64,000 bases of DNA from Eledone cirrhosa (GCA_964016885.1 OZ024762.1:16864001-16928000), one strand, 5' to 3'. Counted from the stretch's first letter, positions 1 to 13,370 are shown. A program made the numbers and translations. The notes: generated by a model not told the origin, from the letters alone.

Positions 1-48
1 CACCACTATTACTATCACCACTACCACTACTACTACTACTATTACAAC

Positions 49-84
<36 letters not shown>

Positions 85-188
85 CACTACTACTAGCACC
101 ACTACTACTATTACTACTACCACCACTACTACTATTACTACCACCACCACCACTACTACCACTACTACTACCACCACCACCACTACCA
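1..188. repeat. (CAC/TAC)n trinucleotide microsatellite
   Basis: Mixed cac/tac triplets seen directly. Confidence 0.95.
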
Positions 189-310
189 TGGAAGAGCAGA
201 TGGGTGAAAAAGGGGGAAGAGGAGAGAGAGAGAGAGGAAAGAAGGGAGTAAGGGGAAGAGGTGGAAATAGTGTTGTGTAAGTAGAGGGGGGTGGAGGGGC
301 GGAGTGCCGC

Positions 311-327
311 GTGTGTGTGTTATATAG

Positions 328-364
<37 letters not shown>

Positions 365-712
365 ATAGATATGTATGTGTGTGTGTATGTTATATAGATA
401 TGTGTGTGTGTGTTATAGATATGTATGTGTGTGTGTATGTTATATAGATATGTGTGTGTGTGTGTTATATAGATATGTATGTGTGTGTGTGTGATATAGA
501 TAGGTGTGTGTGTGTTATATAGATATGTGTGTGTGTGTGTTATATAGATATGTATGTGTGTGTGTATGTTATATAGATATGTGTGTGTGTGTGTGTTATA
601 TAGATATGTATGTGTGTGTGTGTGATATAGATAGGTGTGTGTGTGTGTGTGATATAGATAGGTGTGTGTGTGTTATATAGATAGGTGTGTGTGTGTGTGT
701 GTGTGTGTATGT
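311..712. repeat. Compound (GT)n microsatellite punctuated by tatatagata
   Basis: (gt)n blocks separated by a recurring ttatatagata motif. Confidence 0.95.
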
Positions 713-874
713 AAGAAGTGCCAGGTTTTAACGGGTGGGTGGTGGTGGTGGTGGGTGTGACGTGGTGGGGTAGGGGTGGGGATTATCTGGCAAAATGTAT
801 ACAGAAGAGGGTGGATGGGGTGGGGGAAGACGTGGGTGAAGGAAGAGAAGATAATTCAATGGAAACCAACAGCA

Positions 875-1518
875 ACACACACACACACACATGTACAAAC
901 ATGCATGTATGCACACATGCATACACACATAATAACACACATGCATACACACATACATGTACACACATAAACACACACACACACACGTATACAAACACAA
1001 ACACATGTATACACACATACAAACACACATATATATATACACACAAATACCCATACACATGTATACACATATATACACAAAAATACCCATACATATCCAT
1101 ATACATACATATATGTATACATATCTATATACATACATGTGTGTATATATATATGTGTACACACATATATACATATATACATACATGTACCTATACACAT
1201 ATATATATACATACATGTACCTATACACATATATATACATACATGTACCTATCTATACATATATATATATACATACATGTACCTATACATATATATATAT
1301 ATACATACATGTACCTATACATATATATATATATACATACATGTACCTATACACATATATATACATACATGTACCTATACATATATATATACATACATGT
1401 ACCTATACATATATATATACATACATGTACCTATACATATATATATACATACATGTACCTATACATATATATATACATACATGTACCTATACATATATAT
1501 ATATACATACATGTATAT

Positions 1519-1551
<33 letters not shown>

Positions 1552-2262
1552 CATACATATATATACATGTACCTATACACATATACATACATGTACCTAT
1601 ACATATATATATACATACATGTACCTATACATATATATATACATACATGTACCTATACATATATATACACATACATGTACCTATACATATATACATACAT
1701 GTACCTATACATATGTATATACATACATGTACCTATACACATGTATATACATACATGTACCTATACACATGTATATACATACATGTACCTATACACATGT
1801 ATATACATACATGTACCTATACACATGTATATACATACATGTACCTATACACATGTATATACATACATGTACCTATACACATGTATATACATACATGTAC
1901 CTATACACATATACATACATGTACCTATACATATATATATATACATGTACCTATATATATATACATACATGTACCTATACATATATATATACATACATGT
2001 ACCTATACATATATATATACACATACATGTACCTATACATATATATATACATACATGTACCTATACATATATATATATATATAGATACATGTACCTATAC
2101 ATACATATATATACATGTACCTATACATATATACATACATGTACCTATACATATATATATATACATACATGTACCTATACATATATATATATACATGACC
2201 TATACATATATATATATACATACATGTACCTATACACATATATATACATATATATACTGTAT
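875..2262. repeat. CA/TA-rich compound microsatellite with recurring atacatacatgtacct motif
   Basis: Seen directly; the source of the I/Y/H/T-rich ORFs, including the 604-aa ORF. Confidence 0.95.
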
Positions 2263-2357
2263 ATGGATCTGAAAAAGAAAAAATACTCTTTAAAAAACTG
2301 GAACTGTCCTCCACCACTATCAACGATGATCGTCAATAAATTAAAGCACCCTTCTTC

Positions 2358-3368
2358 TCCAAATATAGGTCGAGCTTGCTCGGCCTTCTACGACACGTTT
2401 CCTCCATCCATCTCTGTCTCTCATAGTGTTTGCCAGTTCTTCCACAGTGCATGCAGTATCGTCCTCAAGTTGCTTGACGTATGTCTTCTTGGGACGACCA
2501 GCGTTTCCTGCTCCATGAGATGGACTCCATAACAATACATCGCCTGCTATTTCTTCCTTGCTGCGCCAAAAGGGGCCAGCAAATCTGAGTCTCTGTTTAC
2601 GTATTGACTTGCTGATAGGTGGTATATTGCCATAGAGATCCTTATTTGTTGGGTGTTCTCTCCAAATACTTGGGTAGCTATATCGCCTCCATAGAACATG
2701 ATGTTAACATCAGACTGGAAAAAGCCTGGGGAGCATTGAATGCAATGGAAAAAATATGGAAATCAAACCTGCTGGCCAAACTGAAAAGGAATTTCTTCAG
2801 AGCTGCTGTGGAATCTGTGCTTGTTTATGGCTCTGTCACTTGGACGTTTCTTCAGAGCTGCTGTGGAATCTGTGCTTGTTTATGGCTCTATCACTTGGAC
2901 ATTTCTTCAGAGCTGCTGTGGAATCTGTGCTTGTTTATGGCTCTATCACTTGGACATTTCTTCAGAGCTGCTGTGGAATCTGTGCTTGTTTATGGCTCTG
3001 TCACTTGGACGTTTCTTCAGAGCTGCTGTGGAAACTGTGCTTGTTTATGGCTCTGTCACTTGGACGTTTCTTCAGAGCTGTTGTGGAATCTGTGTTTGTT
3101 TATGGCTCTGTCACTTGAACGTTTCTTCAGAGCTGCTGTGGAATCTGTGCTTGTTTATGGCTCTATCACTTGGACGTTTCTTCAGAGCTGCTGTGGAATC
3201 TGTGCTTGTTTATGGCTCTGTCACTTGGACGTTTCTTCAGAGCTGCTGTGGAATCTGTGCTTGTTTATGGCTCTGTCACTTGGACGCTAACGTCAAAACT
3301 AGAGAAAAAGCTAGACGGGGCATACACACGTATGCTCCGTGCTGCTTTAAACGTATCCAAATATAGGT
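2358..3368 (-). mobile_element. 5'-truncated, 5'-inverted RTE-clade LINE with 13-bp TSD
   Basis: Minus strand 2664->2371 encodes WREHPTNKDLYG...RLRFAG...GRPKKTYVKQLEDD...DRDGWRKRV. Plus strand 2665-3358 encodes the directly preceding segment KYLGSYIAS...ESVLVYGSVTW...YTRMLRAALNVS. tccaaatataggt occurs at 2358-2370 and 3356-3368. Confidence 0.88.
2792..3286 (+). repeat. 55-bp tandem array (9 copies) derived from RTE coding sequence
   Basis: Unit tttcttcagagctgctgtggaatctgtgcttgtttatggctctgtcacttggacg, which encodes FFRAAVESVLVYGSVTWT. Confidence 0.95.
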
Positions 3369-3564
3369 TCTCCTGGAATTGTCCTTATCAGTGGTTGCTC
3401 TAGAGATGTTCTAACCTCTCTAGTGTTGGTCTTTTTCTTGCTCGACGAGGCTGGGGTCATCCTAAGCCAGCAATCCCAAAGCATCATCGTATGTAGAACC
3501 GACCAGGCTGACCAGCACCCTCCATTGCTGTCGGTCCCGTGCTAGCTCCTCTGCATCCTCCCAG

Positions 3565-3792
3565 GTAACAGTCCACGCTGTAATGTGGCCGTGTAGGTAA
3601 CACGGTAAAAAGGCTCCCAGTCCACACTGTAAATGTGGTTGGTGTTAGGAAGGGCATCCAGTCGTAGAAAACCTGCCAGATAGTCCTATACGAGCGAGAC
3701 ATGGTCACCCAACCAATCTTGCCTCAAGTGGGATAGCTTTCGTCTAACCCATGCTAGCGTGGAAGATGGACGTTAAACGATGATGATAATGA
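3565..3792 (+). mobile_element. RTE 3'UTR fragment ending ggacgttaaac(gat)n
   Basis: Matches the 3'UTR following the RTE ORF at 24005-24384; further copies at about 18553-18773(+), 27690-27885(-), 44362-44764(+) and 49178-49440(-). Confidence 0.8.
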
Positions 3793-4249
3793 CTCTAACA
3801 ACTTAGGCTAATTCACCAGCTAACCCAGTTATTGTGAAAGACCAAAATATAAATGAAAGTCAGATGATTTTTTTTTGCATAGATTTAAAACATGTTTTTT
3901 TACTTTTTTCAGTGGGTGTAGCCACCACATATGGTAACAGGGACGACAAAAATACTAAAAAAAAAACCCAAAACATCTACTTAAAATTTTACAACTCAGC
4001 AACAACGACAACAACAACAACAACAGTTGATAGACATCAGTCATAAAAAGGAATAAATACAACTTGGAAATGTTAAAGACATTGGATGTACTTTAAGTTT
4101 GTTTCAACTCTCCTCTCTTGGCTATGGAAGTGAATTGACTGAGTCGGTAGATCATCAAACAGGATGTCAATATGGCATTTTTTTCTGCCCGCTTTCCATT
4201 CTAAGTTCAAAACCCATCGATGTCAACTTTGTCATTCTTTCTTCCTTGG

Positions 4250-6156
4250 GTCTTCTTTTTCTTCTTCTTCTTCACCCACTTATTCCTGAGAGGGTCATGA
4301 GGACAGAGTCCTCAAACACTCCAACTGATCTGGCTGGATCCCCCAAACGAGACCAGCCAAGTTCATGGATGTTATCCAACCATTTTGCTCAGGGTGGGTC
4401 TACCCCTGGGTTTCCTTCCAGCTGGTCTTGCCCGTAAAATCTGTCCAGAGATTCTTTCCTGAGACATTCTAACCACATGTCTGTAGTATCAAAGCTGTGG
4501 TCTCTCAATCCAGTGATTCTTTCCTGAGACATTCTAACCACATGTCTGTAGTATCAGAGCTGTGATCTCTCAATTCAGTGATTCTTTCCTGAGACATTCT
4601 AACCACATGTCTGTAGTATCAGAGCTGTGATCTCTCAATCCAGTGATTCTTTCCTGAGTCATTCTAACCACATGTCTGTAGTATCAGAGCTGTGATCTCT
4701 CAATCCAGTGATTCTTTCCTGAGACATTCTAACCACATGTCTGTAGTATCAGAGCTGTGATCTCTCAATTCAGAGATTCTTTCCTGAGACATTCTAACCA
4801 CATGTCTGTAGTATCAGAGCTGTGATCTCTCAATTCAGTGATTCTTTCCTGAGACATTCTAACCACATGTCTGTAGTATCAAAGCTGTGATCTCTCAATT
4901 CAGAGATTCTTTCCTGAGACATTCTAACCACATGTCTGTAGTATCAGAGCTGTGATCTCTCAATCCAATGATTCTTTCCTGAGACATTCTAACCACATGT
5001 CTGTAGTATCAGAGCTGTGATCTCTCAATTCAGAGATTCTTTCCTGAGACATTCTAACCACATGTCTGTAGTATCAAATCTGTGATCTCTCAATTCAGAG
5101 ATTCTTTCCTGAGACATTCTAACCACATGTCTGTAGTATCAGAGCTGTGATCTCTCAATTCAGTGATTCTTTCCTGAGACATTCTAACCACATGTCTGTA
5201 GTATCAGAGCTGTGATCTCTCAATTCAGAGATTCTTTCCTGAGACATTCTAACCACATGTCTGTAGTATCAAAGCTGTGATCTCTCAATTCAGAGATTCT
5301 TTCCTGAGACATTCTAACCACATGTCTGTAGTATCAGAGCTGTGATCTCACAATTCAGTGATTCTTTCCTGAGACATTCTAACCACATGTCTGTAGTATC
5401 AGAGCTGTGATCTCACAATCCAGAGATTCTTTCCTGAGACATTCTAACCACATGTCTGTAGTATCAGAGCTGTGATCTCTCAGTCCAGTGATTCTTTCCT
5501 GAGACATTCTAACCACATGTCTGTAGTATCAGAGCTGTGATCTCTCAATTCAGAGATTCTTTCCTGAGACATTCTAACCACATGTCTGTAGTATCAGAGC
5601 TGTGATCTCTCAATTCAGTGATTCTTTCCTGAGACATTCTAACCACATGTCTGTAGTATCAGAGCTGTGATCTCTCAATTCAGTGATTCTTTCCTGAGAC
5701 ATTCTAACCAGATGTCTGTAGTATCAGAGCTGTGATCTCTCAATCCAGTGATTCTTTCCTGAGACATTCTAACCACATGTCTGTAGTATCAGAGCTGTGA
5801 TCTCTCAATTCAGAGATTCTTTCCTGAGACATTCTAACCACATGTCTGTAGTATCAGAGCTGTGATCTCTCAATTCAGAGATTCTTTCCTGAGACATTCT
5901 AACCACATGTCTGTAGTATCAGAGCTGTGATCTCTCAGTCCAGTGATTCTTTCCTGAGACATTCTAACCAGATGTCCATAGTATTGAGTCCTTAAGCATG
6001 TCTTCCAGCAGGCCCTGTCAGAAGCAACTGTCTCCAATTGATCTGGCTGGATCCTCAAGCAAGATCAATTGAGAGCTCATGAATGTTATCCAACCATCTT
6101 GCCCTGGGTCTCCTGCCAGTTGGTTTGGCTCATAAAATCTGTCCCGAGACATTCTA
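4250..6156 (-). mobile_element. Two degenerate 3' fragments of an Expander/Rex3-like RTE LINE
   Basis: Minus-strand translation gives YYGHVVRMSQER...GRKPRGRP...WLDNIHELGWSRLG-like motifs; (gaa)n tail near 4255-4272. Confidence 0.75.
4446..5985. repeat. 65-bp tandem array (~24 copies) derived from RTE sequence
   Basis: attctttcctgagacattct recurs at 4451, 4516, 4581 and so on to 5946 (period 65). Confidence 0.95.
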
Positions 6157-6164
6157 TCATTTCG

Positions 6165-6316
6165 GAGCTGGTTCTTGCTCTCTGAGTTCAAATCCCGCCA
6201 AGGTTAACTTTGCCTTTCATCCTTACGGGGGTCGATAAAATAAAGTACCAGTAATGTACTGGGGTAATTGCTGGCCTTGTGCCAAAAGTAGAAATATTAT
6301 TATTATTATTATTATT
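6165..6316 (+). mobile_element. Meta-domain-like SINE, 3' part
   Basis: B box gagttcaaatccc, then aactttgcctttcatcc...gtcgataaaataaagtaccag and an (att)n tail. Other copies at about 12480-12645(+), 18805-19010(-), 28784-28945(+), 34355-34550(-), 34555-34735(-), 37060-37222(+), 51185-51380(-) and 52720-52855(-). Confidence 0.75.
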
Positions 6317-6357
6317 TAGTTAATTATTAGTCTGATGAGTAAGAAATAGAGTTCATT

Positions 6358-6922
6358 GGTGTGTGTGAGTGTGAGTGTGTGAGTGTGTACATATGTGTGT
6401 GTGTATGTGTATGTAGGAGTGTATGTGGGAGTGTGTGTGTGGGAGTGTGTGTGTGAGTGTATGTGTGAGTGTGTGTGTGAGTACATGTGTGAGTATGTGT
6501 GTGTACATGTGTGAGTGTATGTGTGTATATGTATATGTATGTGTACACATGTGGGTGTATGTGTGTATATGTATATGTACATATGTCGGTGTATGCGTGT
6601 ATATGTATGTACATATGTGGGTGTATGTGTGTGTACATGTGTGAGTATGTGTGTGTACATGTGTGAGTGTATGTGTGTATATGTATATGGGTGTGTACAT
6701 GTGTGAATGTATGTGTGTATATGTATATGGGTGTGTACATGTGTGAGTGTATGTGTGTATATGTGTGTACATATGTGTATATGTATGTGTACATATGTGG
6801 GTGTATGTATGTATATGTATATGGGTGTGTACATGTGTGAGTGTATATGTATATGGGTGTGTACATGTGTGAGTGTATATGTATATGGGTGTGTACATGT
6901 GTGTGTACATATGTGGGTGTAT
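6358..6922. repeat. GT/AT compound microsatellite
   Basis: Seen directly. Confidence 0.95.
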
Positions 6923-7409
6923 TTTAACAAAATATGTTGGCAAAATAAAAACTGAGGGGGGAGGGGAGGAATCCCTTAATTAATTAAAGCAATCAGGAAA
7001 CAATGATTGCTTTAGAAGAAAATTAATGTCTAATTGGGAGAATTTAACGAGGATTTAACTTAAGTCATATCTTCCACTGCTCAGATATGATTTTTATTTA
7101 TTTCCTTCAGTACACCTTTAATTAATTTGTAAATTCTAACGATGTCCCTCATTAGCTGACATTGGTCCTTGCTGATCTACAAGAAATAGCAGTCAAATCT
7201 TAATTAATTTATTCTCTTTTTATTAACAAAATTAATTTGTAAATTCTAATTTTAATTTTCTTTTTTCTTTCTTTTTTATTAGTATTAAAATAAATATATA
7301 TAAAAAAATAAATTTCTCTCCCCACCTTACCCGTGGTCATGAATCTGGGGTAATGATTGAAATAATATGATCGCGAATATGAGTGGCTGAAATGGGGTTT
7401 CTCCAAAGG

Positions 7410-8490
7410 GTTTTTGGAAGGGTAATGTTACTTGACAAAGTGTGTAACTCAGAGATCAGAGAGTCACTCCAGGTAGAGCTGCTACTTCTCTGAATTGAGA
7501 GATCACAGCTCTGATACTATGGTCATGTGGTTAGAATGTCTCAGGAAAGAATCTCTGAATTGAGAGATCACAGCTCTGATACTATGGACATGTGGTTAGA
7601 ATGTCTCAGGAAAGAATCACTGGACAGATTTGTAGCTCAAAGATCAGAGAGTCACTCTAAGTAGAGCTGCTACTTCTCTGAATTGAGAGATCACAGCTCC
7701 GATACTATGGACATGTGGTTAGAATGTCTCAGGAAAGAATCACTGGACAGATTTGTAGCTCAGAGATCAGAGAGTCACTCCAGATAGAGCTGCTACTTCT
7801 CTAAATTGAGAGATCACAGACATGTGGTTAGAATGTCTCAGGAAAGAATCACTGGACAGATTTGTAGCTCAGAGATCAGAGAGTCACTCTAAGTAGAGCT
7901 GCTACTTCTCTGAATTGAGAGATCACAGCTCTGATACTATGGACATGTGGTTAGAATGTCTCAGGAAAGAATCACTGGACAGATTTGTAGCTCAGAGATC
8001 AGAGAGTCACTCCAGATAGAGCTGCTACTTCTCTAAATTGAGAGATCACAGACATGTGGTTAGAATGTCTCAGGAAAGAATCACTGGACAGATTTGTAGC
8101 TCAGAGATCAGAGAGTCACTCTAAGTAGAGCTGCTACTTCTCTGAATTGAGAGATCACAGCTCTGATACTATGGACATGTGGTTAGAATGTCTCAGGAAA
8201 GAATCACTGGACAGATTTGTAGCTCAGAGATCAGAGAGTCACTCTAAGTAGAGCTGCTACTTCTCTGAATTGAGAGATCACAGCTCTGATACTATGGACG
8301 TGTGGTTAGAATGTCTCAGGAAAAGTTCGCTGGACAGATTTTATGGGTAAAACCAACCGGCAGGAGACCCAGGGGTAGACCCGCCGTGAACAAGATGGTT
8401 GGATAACATCCATGAGCTTGGTTGGTCTCATTTGGGGATCCAGCCGGATCAGTTGGAGACAGTTGCTTCTTACAGCATTTGCTGGAAGGA
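7410..8490 (+). mobile_element. Expander/Rex3-like RTE 3' fragment with internal 123/109-bp tandem amplification
   Basis: Same element as 4250-6156 in the opposite orientation; ends WLDNIHELGWSHLGIQPDQLETVAS followed by (gag)(aag)(aac) runs. Units start at 7632, 7755, 7864, 7987, 8096 and 8219. Confidence 0.8.
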
Positions 8491-8536
8491 GGAGGAGGAG
8501 GAGGATGAGAAGAAGAAGAAGAAGAAGAAGAAGAAG

Positions 8537-8567
<31 letters not shown>

Positions 8568-8702
8568 GCAAAATTGCCCTTATTTCTTTAAGAAACAGAG
8601 TCAAACCAATATGTATAAACATTACCCTAAGATCTCTTTTTTGAAGTTGGGGGGGTTATAGGTTATATAAAATATGTTGAGGGGGTTATAGGTTATATAA
8701 AT

Positions 8703-8962
8703 TATCTGTTGTTGTACGTAAAAGGAGAGTAAGATTTGCTGGCTACTGCCATCATGCCACCTATGAGGCTGTGTCCCCATTAGTGCTTTGGAAACCACAA
8801 GCAGTCACTAATAACAGGGGCTGCAAGCTCTCCTATCCTGATGTCATCTCCAAAGATTCTGGTATTGAAATCCAGGACTTGGCAACGGCAATGAATGACA
8901 GACCCACGTGGAGATCAATTGTTGAGTTGATTTCGGCTGAGGCCACCAGATGATGATGATGA
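8703..8962 (+). mobile_element. RTE LINE 3' end
   Basis: Encodes RRVRFAGYC...LVLWKP...SYPDVISKDSG...AMNDRPTWRSIV, then a (tga)n tail. Confidence 0.8.
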
Positions 8963-9352
8963 TATAAAATATGAGGGTATATAAAGTATGTTGAAAGATT
9001 GGCCTTATTTTTTGTTTTATATAATATTAGTTATATAAAATATGGGGTTATATAAAGTATGTCGAAAGACTGGCCTTATTTTTTGTTTTATATCATATTA
9101 GTTATATAAAATATGGGGTTATATAAAGTATGTCGAAAGATTGGCCTTATTTTTGTTTTATATAATATTAGTTATATAAAATATGGGGTTATATAAAGTA
9201 TGTCGAAAGATTGGCCTTATTTTTGTTTTATATCATATTAGTTATATAAAATATGGGGTTATATAAAGTATGTCGAAAGATTGGCCTTATTTTTGTTTTA
9301 TATCATATTAGTTATATAAAATATGGGGTTATATAAAGTATGTCGAAAGACT
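8963..9352. repeat. ~70-bp AT-rich tandem array (~5.5 copies)
   Basis: atatggggttatataaagtatgtcgaaaga recurs with period 70-71. Confidence 0.9.
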
Positions 9353-9555
9353 CGCCCAAGGAGAACAAATGATAAGAGAATCTTCAGAGAGATAACTAGG
9401 GTCTTTATCAGTACACACTGGTTGGTAAATTGAAGTAAAAACATGAATATATCTTAATGGAATATGATAAGAAAATGTTGTGGTTGTGGTTGTTGTTGTT
9501 TAACCCTCGGTCAGTACTAATGGAGGAAAGTTATGATCAAAGATATTCCAGGATT

Positions 9556-12432
9556 TAGTAATGGAGGGATGTAGTAATGGAGGGATGTAGTAATAGAGGG
9601 ATGTAGTAATGGAGGGATGTAGTAATGGAGGGATGTAGTAATGGAGGGATGGAGTAATGGAGGGATGTAGTAATGGAGGGAAGTAATAATGGAGGGATGT
9701 AGTAATGGAGGGATGTAGTAATGGAGGGATGTAGTAATGGAGGGATGTAGTAATGGAGGGATGTAGTAATAGAGGGATGTAGTCATGGAAGGATGTAGTC
9801 ATGGAGGGATGTAGTAATGGAGGGATGTAGTAATGGAGGGATGTAGTAATAGAGGGATGTAGTCATGGAAGGATGTAGTCATGGAGGGATGTAGTAATGG
9901 AGGGATGTAGTAATAGAGGGATGTAGTAATGGAGGGATGTAGTAATGGAGGGATGTAGTAATAGAGGGATGTAGTAATGGAGGGATGTAGTAATGGAGGG
10001 ATGTAGTAATAGAGGGATGTAGTAATGGAGGGATGTAGTCATGGAGGGATGTAGTAATAGAGGGATGTAGTAATGGAGGGATGTAGTAATGGAGGGATGT
10101 AGTAATGGAGGGATGTAGTAATGGAGGGATGTAGTAATGGAGGGATGTAGTAATAGAGGGATGTAGTCATGGAGGGATGTAGTCATGGAGGGATGTAGTA
10201 ATGGAGGGATGTAGTAATGGAGGGATGTAGTAATGGAGGGATGTAGTAATAGAGGGATGTAGTAATAGAGGGATGTAGTAATAGAGGGATGTAGTAATGG
10301 AGGGAAGTAGTAATGGAGGGATGTAGTAATGGAGGGATGTAGTAATGGAGGGATGTAGTAATGGAGGGATGTAGTAATGGAGGGATGTAGTAATGGAGGG
10401 ATGTAGTAATAGAGGGATGTAGTAATGGAGGGATGTAGTAATGGAGGGATGTAGTAATAGAGGGATGTAGTAATGGAGGGAAGTAATAATGGAGAGATGT
10501 AGTAATGGAGGGATGTAGTAATAGAGGGATGTAGTAATGGAGGGAAGTAATAATGGAGAGATGTAGTAATGGAGGGATGTAGTAATGGAGGGATGTAGTA
10601 ATTGAGGGATGTAGTAATGGAGGGATGTAGTAATGGAGGGATGTAGTAATAGAGGGATGTAGTAATGGAGGGAAGTAGTAATGGAGGGAAGTAGTAATGG
10701 AGAGATGTAGTAATGGAGGGATGTAGTAATAGAGGGATGTAGTAATGGAGGGAAGTAATAATGGAGAGATGTAGTAATGGAGGGATGTAGTAATGGAGGG
10801 ATGTAGTAATGGAGGGATGTAGTAATGGAGGGATGTAGTAATGGAGGGATGTAGTAATGGAGGGATGTAGTAATAGAGGGATGTAGTCATGGAAGGATGT
10901 AGTCATGGAGGGATGTAGTAATGGAGGGATGTAGTAATGGAGGGATGTAGTAATAGAGGGATGTAGTCATGGAAGGATGTAGTCATGGAGGGATGTAGTA
11001 ATGGAGGGATGTAGTAATAGAGGGATGTAGTAATGGAGGGATGTAGTAATGGAGGGATGTAGTAATAGAGGGATGTAGTAATGGAGGGATGTAGTAATGG
11101 AGGGATGTAGTAATAGAGGGATGTAGTAATGGAGGGATGTAGTCATGGAGGGATGTAGTAATAGAGGGATGTAGTAATGGAGGGATGTAGTAATGGAGGG
11201 ATGTAGTAATGGAGGGATGTAGTAATGGAGGGATGTAGTAATGGAGGGATGTAGTAATAGAGGGATGTAGTCATGGAGGGATGTAGTCATGGAGGGATGT
11301 AGTAATGGAGGGATGTAGTAATGGAGGGATGTAGTAATGGAGGGATGTAGTAATAGAGGGATGTAGTAATAGAGGGATGTAGTAATAGAGGGATGTAGTA
11401 ATAGAGGGATGTAGTAATGGAGGGAAGTAGTAATGGAGGGATGTAGTAATGGAGGGATGTAGTAATGGAGGGATGTAGTAATGGAGGGATGTAGTAATAG
11501 AGGGATGTAGTAATGGAGGGATGTAGTAATGGAGGGATGTAGTAATAGAGGGATGTAGTAATGGAGGGAAGTAATAATGGAGAGATGTAGTAATGGAGGG
11601 ATGTAGTAATAGAGGGATGTAGTAATGGAGGGAAGTAATAATGGAGAGATGTAGTAATGGAGGGATGTAGTAATGGAGGGATGTAGTAATTGAGGGATGT
11701 AGTAATGGAGGGATGTAGTAATGGAGGGATGTAGTAATAGAGGGATGTAGTAATGGAGGGAAGTAGTAATGGAGAGATGTAGTAATGGAGGGATGTAGTA
11801 ATAGAGGGATGTAGTAATGGAGGGAAGTAATAATGGAGAGATGTAGTAATGGAGGGATGTAGTAATGGAGGGATGTAGTAATGGAGGGATGTAGTAATGG
11901 AGGGATGTAGTAATGCAGGGATGTAGTAATGGAGGGATGTAGTAATAGAGGGATGTAGTAATAGAGGGATGTAGTCATGGAGGGATGTAGTCATGGAGGG
12001 ATGTAGTAATGGAGGGATGTAGTAATGGAGGGATGTAGTAATGGAGGGATGTAGTAATGGAGGGATGTAGTAATGGAGGGATGTAGTAATAGAGGGATGT
12101 AGTAATGGAGGGAAGTAATAATGGAGAGATGTAGTAATGGAGGGATGTAGTAATTGAGGGATGTAGTAATGGAGGGATGTAGTAATGGAAGGATGTAGTA
12201 ATGGAGGGATGTAGTAATGGAGGGATGTAGTCATGGAGGGATGTAGTCATGGAGGGATGTAGTAATGGAGGGATGTAGTAATGGAGGGATGTAGTAATGG
12301 AGGGATGTAGTAATGGAGGGATGTAGTAATGGAGGGATGTAGTAATGGAGGGATGTAGTAATGGAGGGATGTAGTCATGGAGGGAAGTAATAATGGAGAG
12401 AAGTAATAATGGAGAGATGTAGTAATAGAGGA
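9556..12432. repeat. 16-bp purine-rich minisatellite (~180 copies)
   Basis: Unit agggatgtagtaatgg with recurrent variants; the variant pattern repeats at a 1088-bp offset. Confidence 0.97.
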
Positions 12433-12725
12433 AGGAATAAGCACTGACTGATGAGCCTTGGGAGTTGAGACAAAGATGTAAGGTAGAGAATTGAGACATT
12501 AAGAACATTAGATTTAGAAATTTTTGCAGTATCTGTTCTGGTTTTCTGCTGTGCTTTTGGAGTTCAAATCCTGCCGAGGTCAACTTTGCTTTTCACCCTT
12601 CTCAGGTTGATAAATAAAAGTACCAGTCTAGTGCTGGGGGTCAATTCTTACAGCCCCCTCTCTCTCTCTGGAAGTAATCAGTTGTGTTCAAATCTGCAGA
12701 GGAGACATGGACTCTGCTAGGTTTG

Positions 12726-13370
12726 GCCCTTTACCATTTACATTACTCTATATATACTATTGTATTTTCACAGTAAAGGCTTTACCTCACATAATATCTC
12801 ACATAACATTTACATTACTCTATATATACTATTGTATTTTCACAGTAAAGGCTTTACCTCACATAATATCTCACATAACATTTACATTACTCTATATATA
12901 CTATTGTATTTTCACAGTAAAGGCTTTACCTCACATAATATCTCGCATAACATTTACATTACTCTATATTTACTATTGTATTTTCACAGTAAAGGCTTTA
13001 CCTCACATAATATCTCACATAACATTTACATTACTCTATATTTACTATTGTATTTTCACAGTAAAGGCTTTACCTCACATAATATCTCACATAACATTTA
13101 CATTACTCTATATATACTATTGTATTTTCACAGTAAAGGCTTTACCTCACATAATATCTCACATAACATTTACATTACTCTATGTTTACTATTGTATTTT
13201 TGTGGTAAACACTTTACCTCATATAATATTGAATCTACGAGAATTTAAATTTATTTATTTTGAGAACAAGACCTTAACATCAGTATGAGTGGCCAGTTAC
13301 AGCCGGTTTGAACAGAAAGAGATGAGAGAATTCTGGCCAGATATAGCTAGTTTAAATGCTAAAGGGTTAA
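12726..13370 (+). mobile_element. piggyBac-like (TTAA) MITE with internal 72-bp array (~7 copies)
   Basis: Termini ccctttaccatt and aatgctaaagggttaa; same family as 41081, 59700 and 61600. The left TTAA is degraded. Confidence 0.8.

Noticed and set aside
718-2532. 604-aa ORF and similar I/Y/H/T/C/V-rich ORFs throughout
   Set aside because: Translations of TA/CA microsatellites that simply lack stop codons; open in several frames on both strands.
2262-3484. Short minus-strand ORF restored by removing the RTE insertion (MLWDCWLRM...GEPIFGEEG...)
   Set aside because: About 75 codons with no recognisable domain or splice signals; it cannot be supported as a host exon.
9500-12583. Long YYIPPLLHPSITTSLH ORFs
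   Set aside because: Product of a 16-bp minisatellite; the same peptide appears in all frames.
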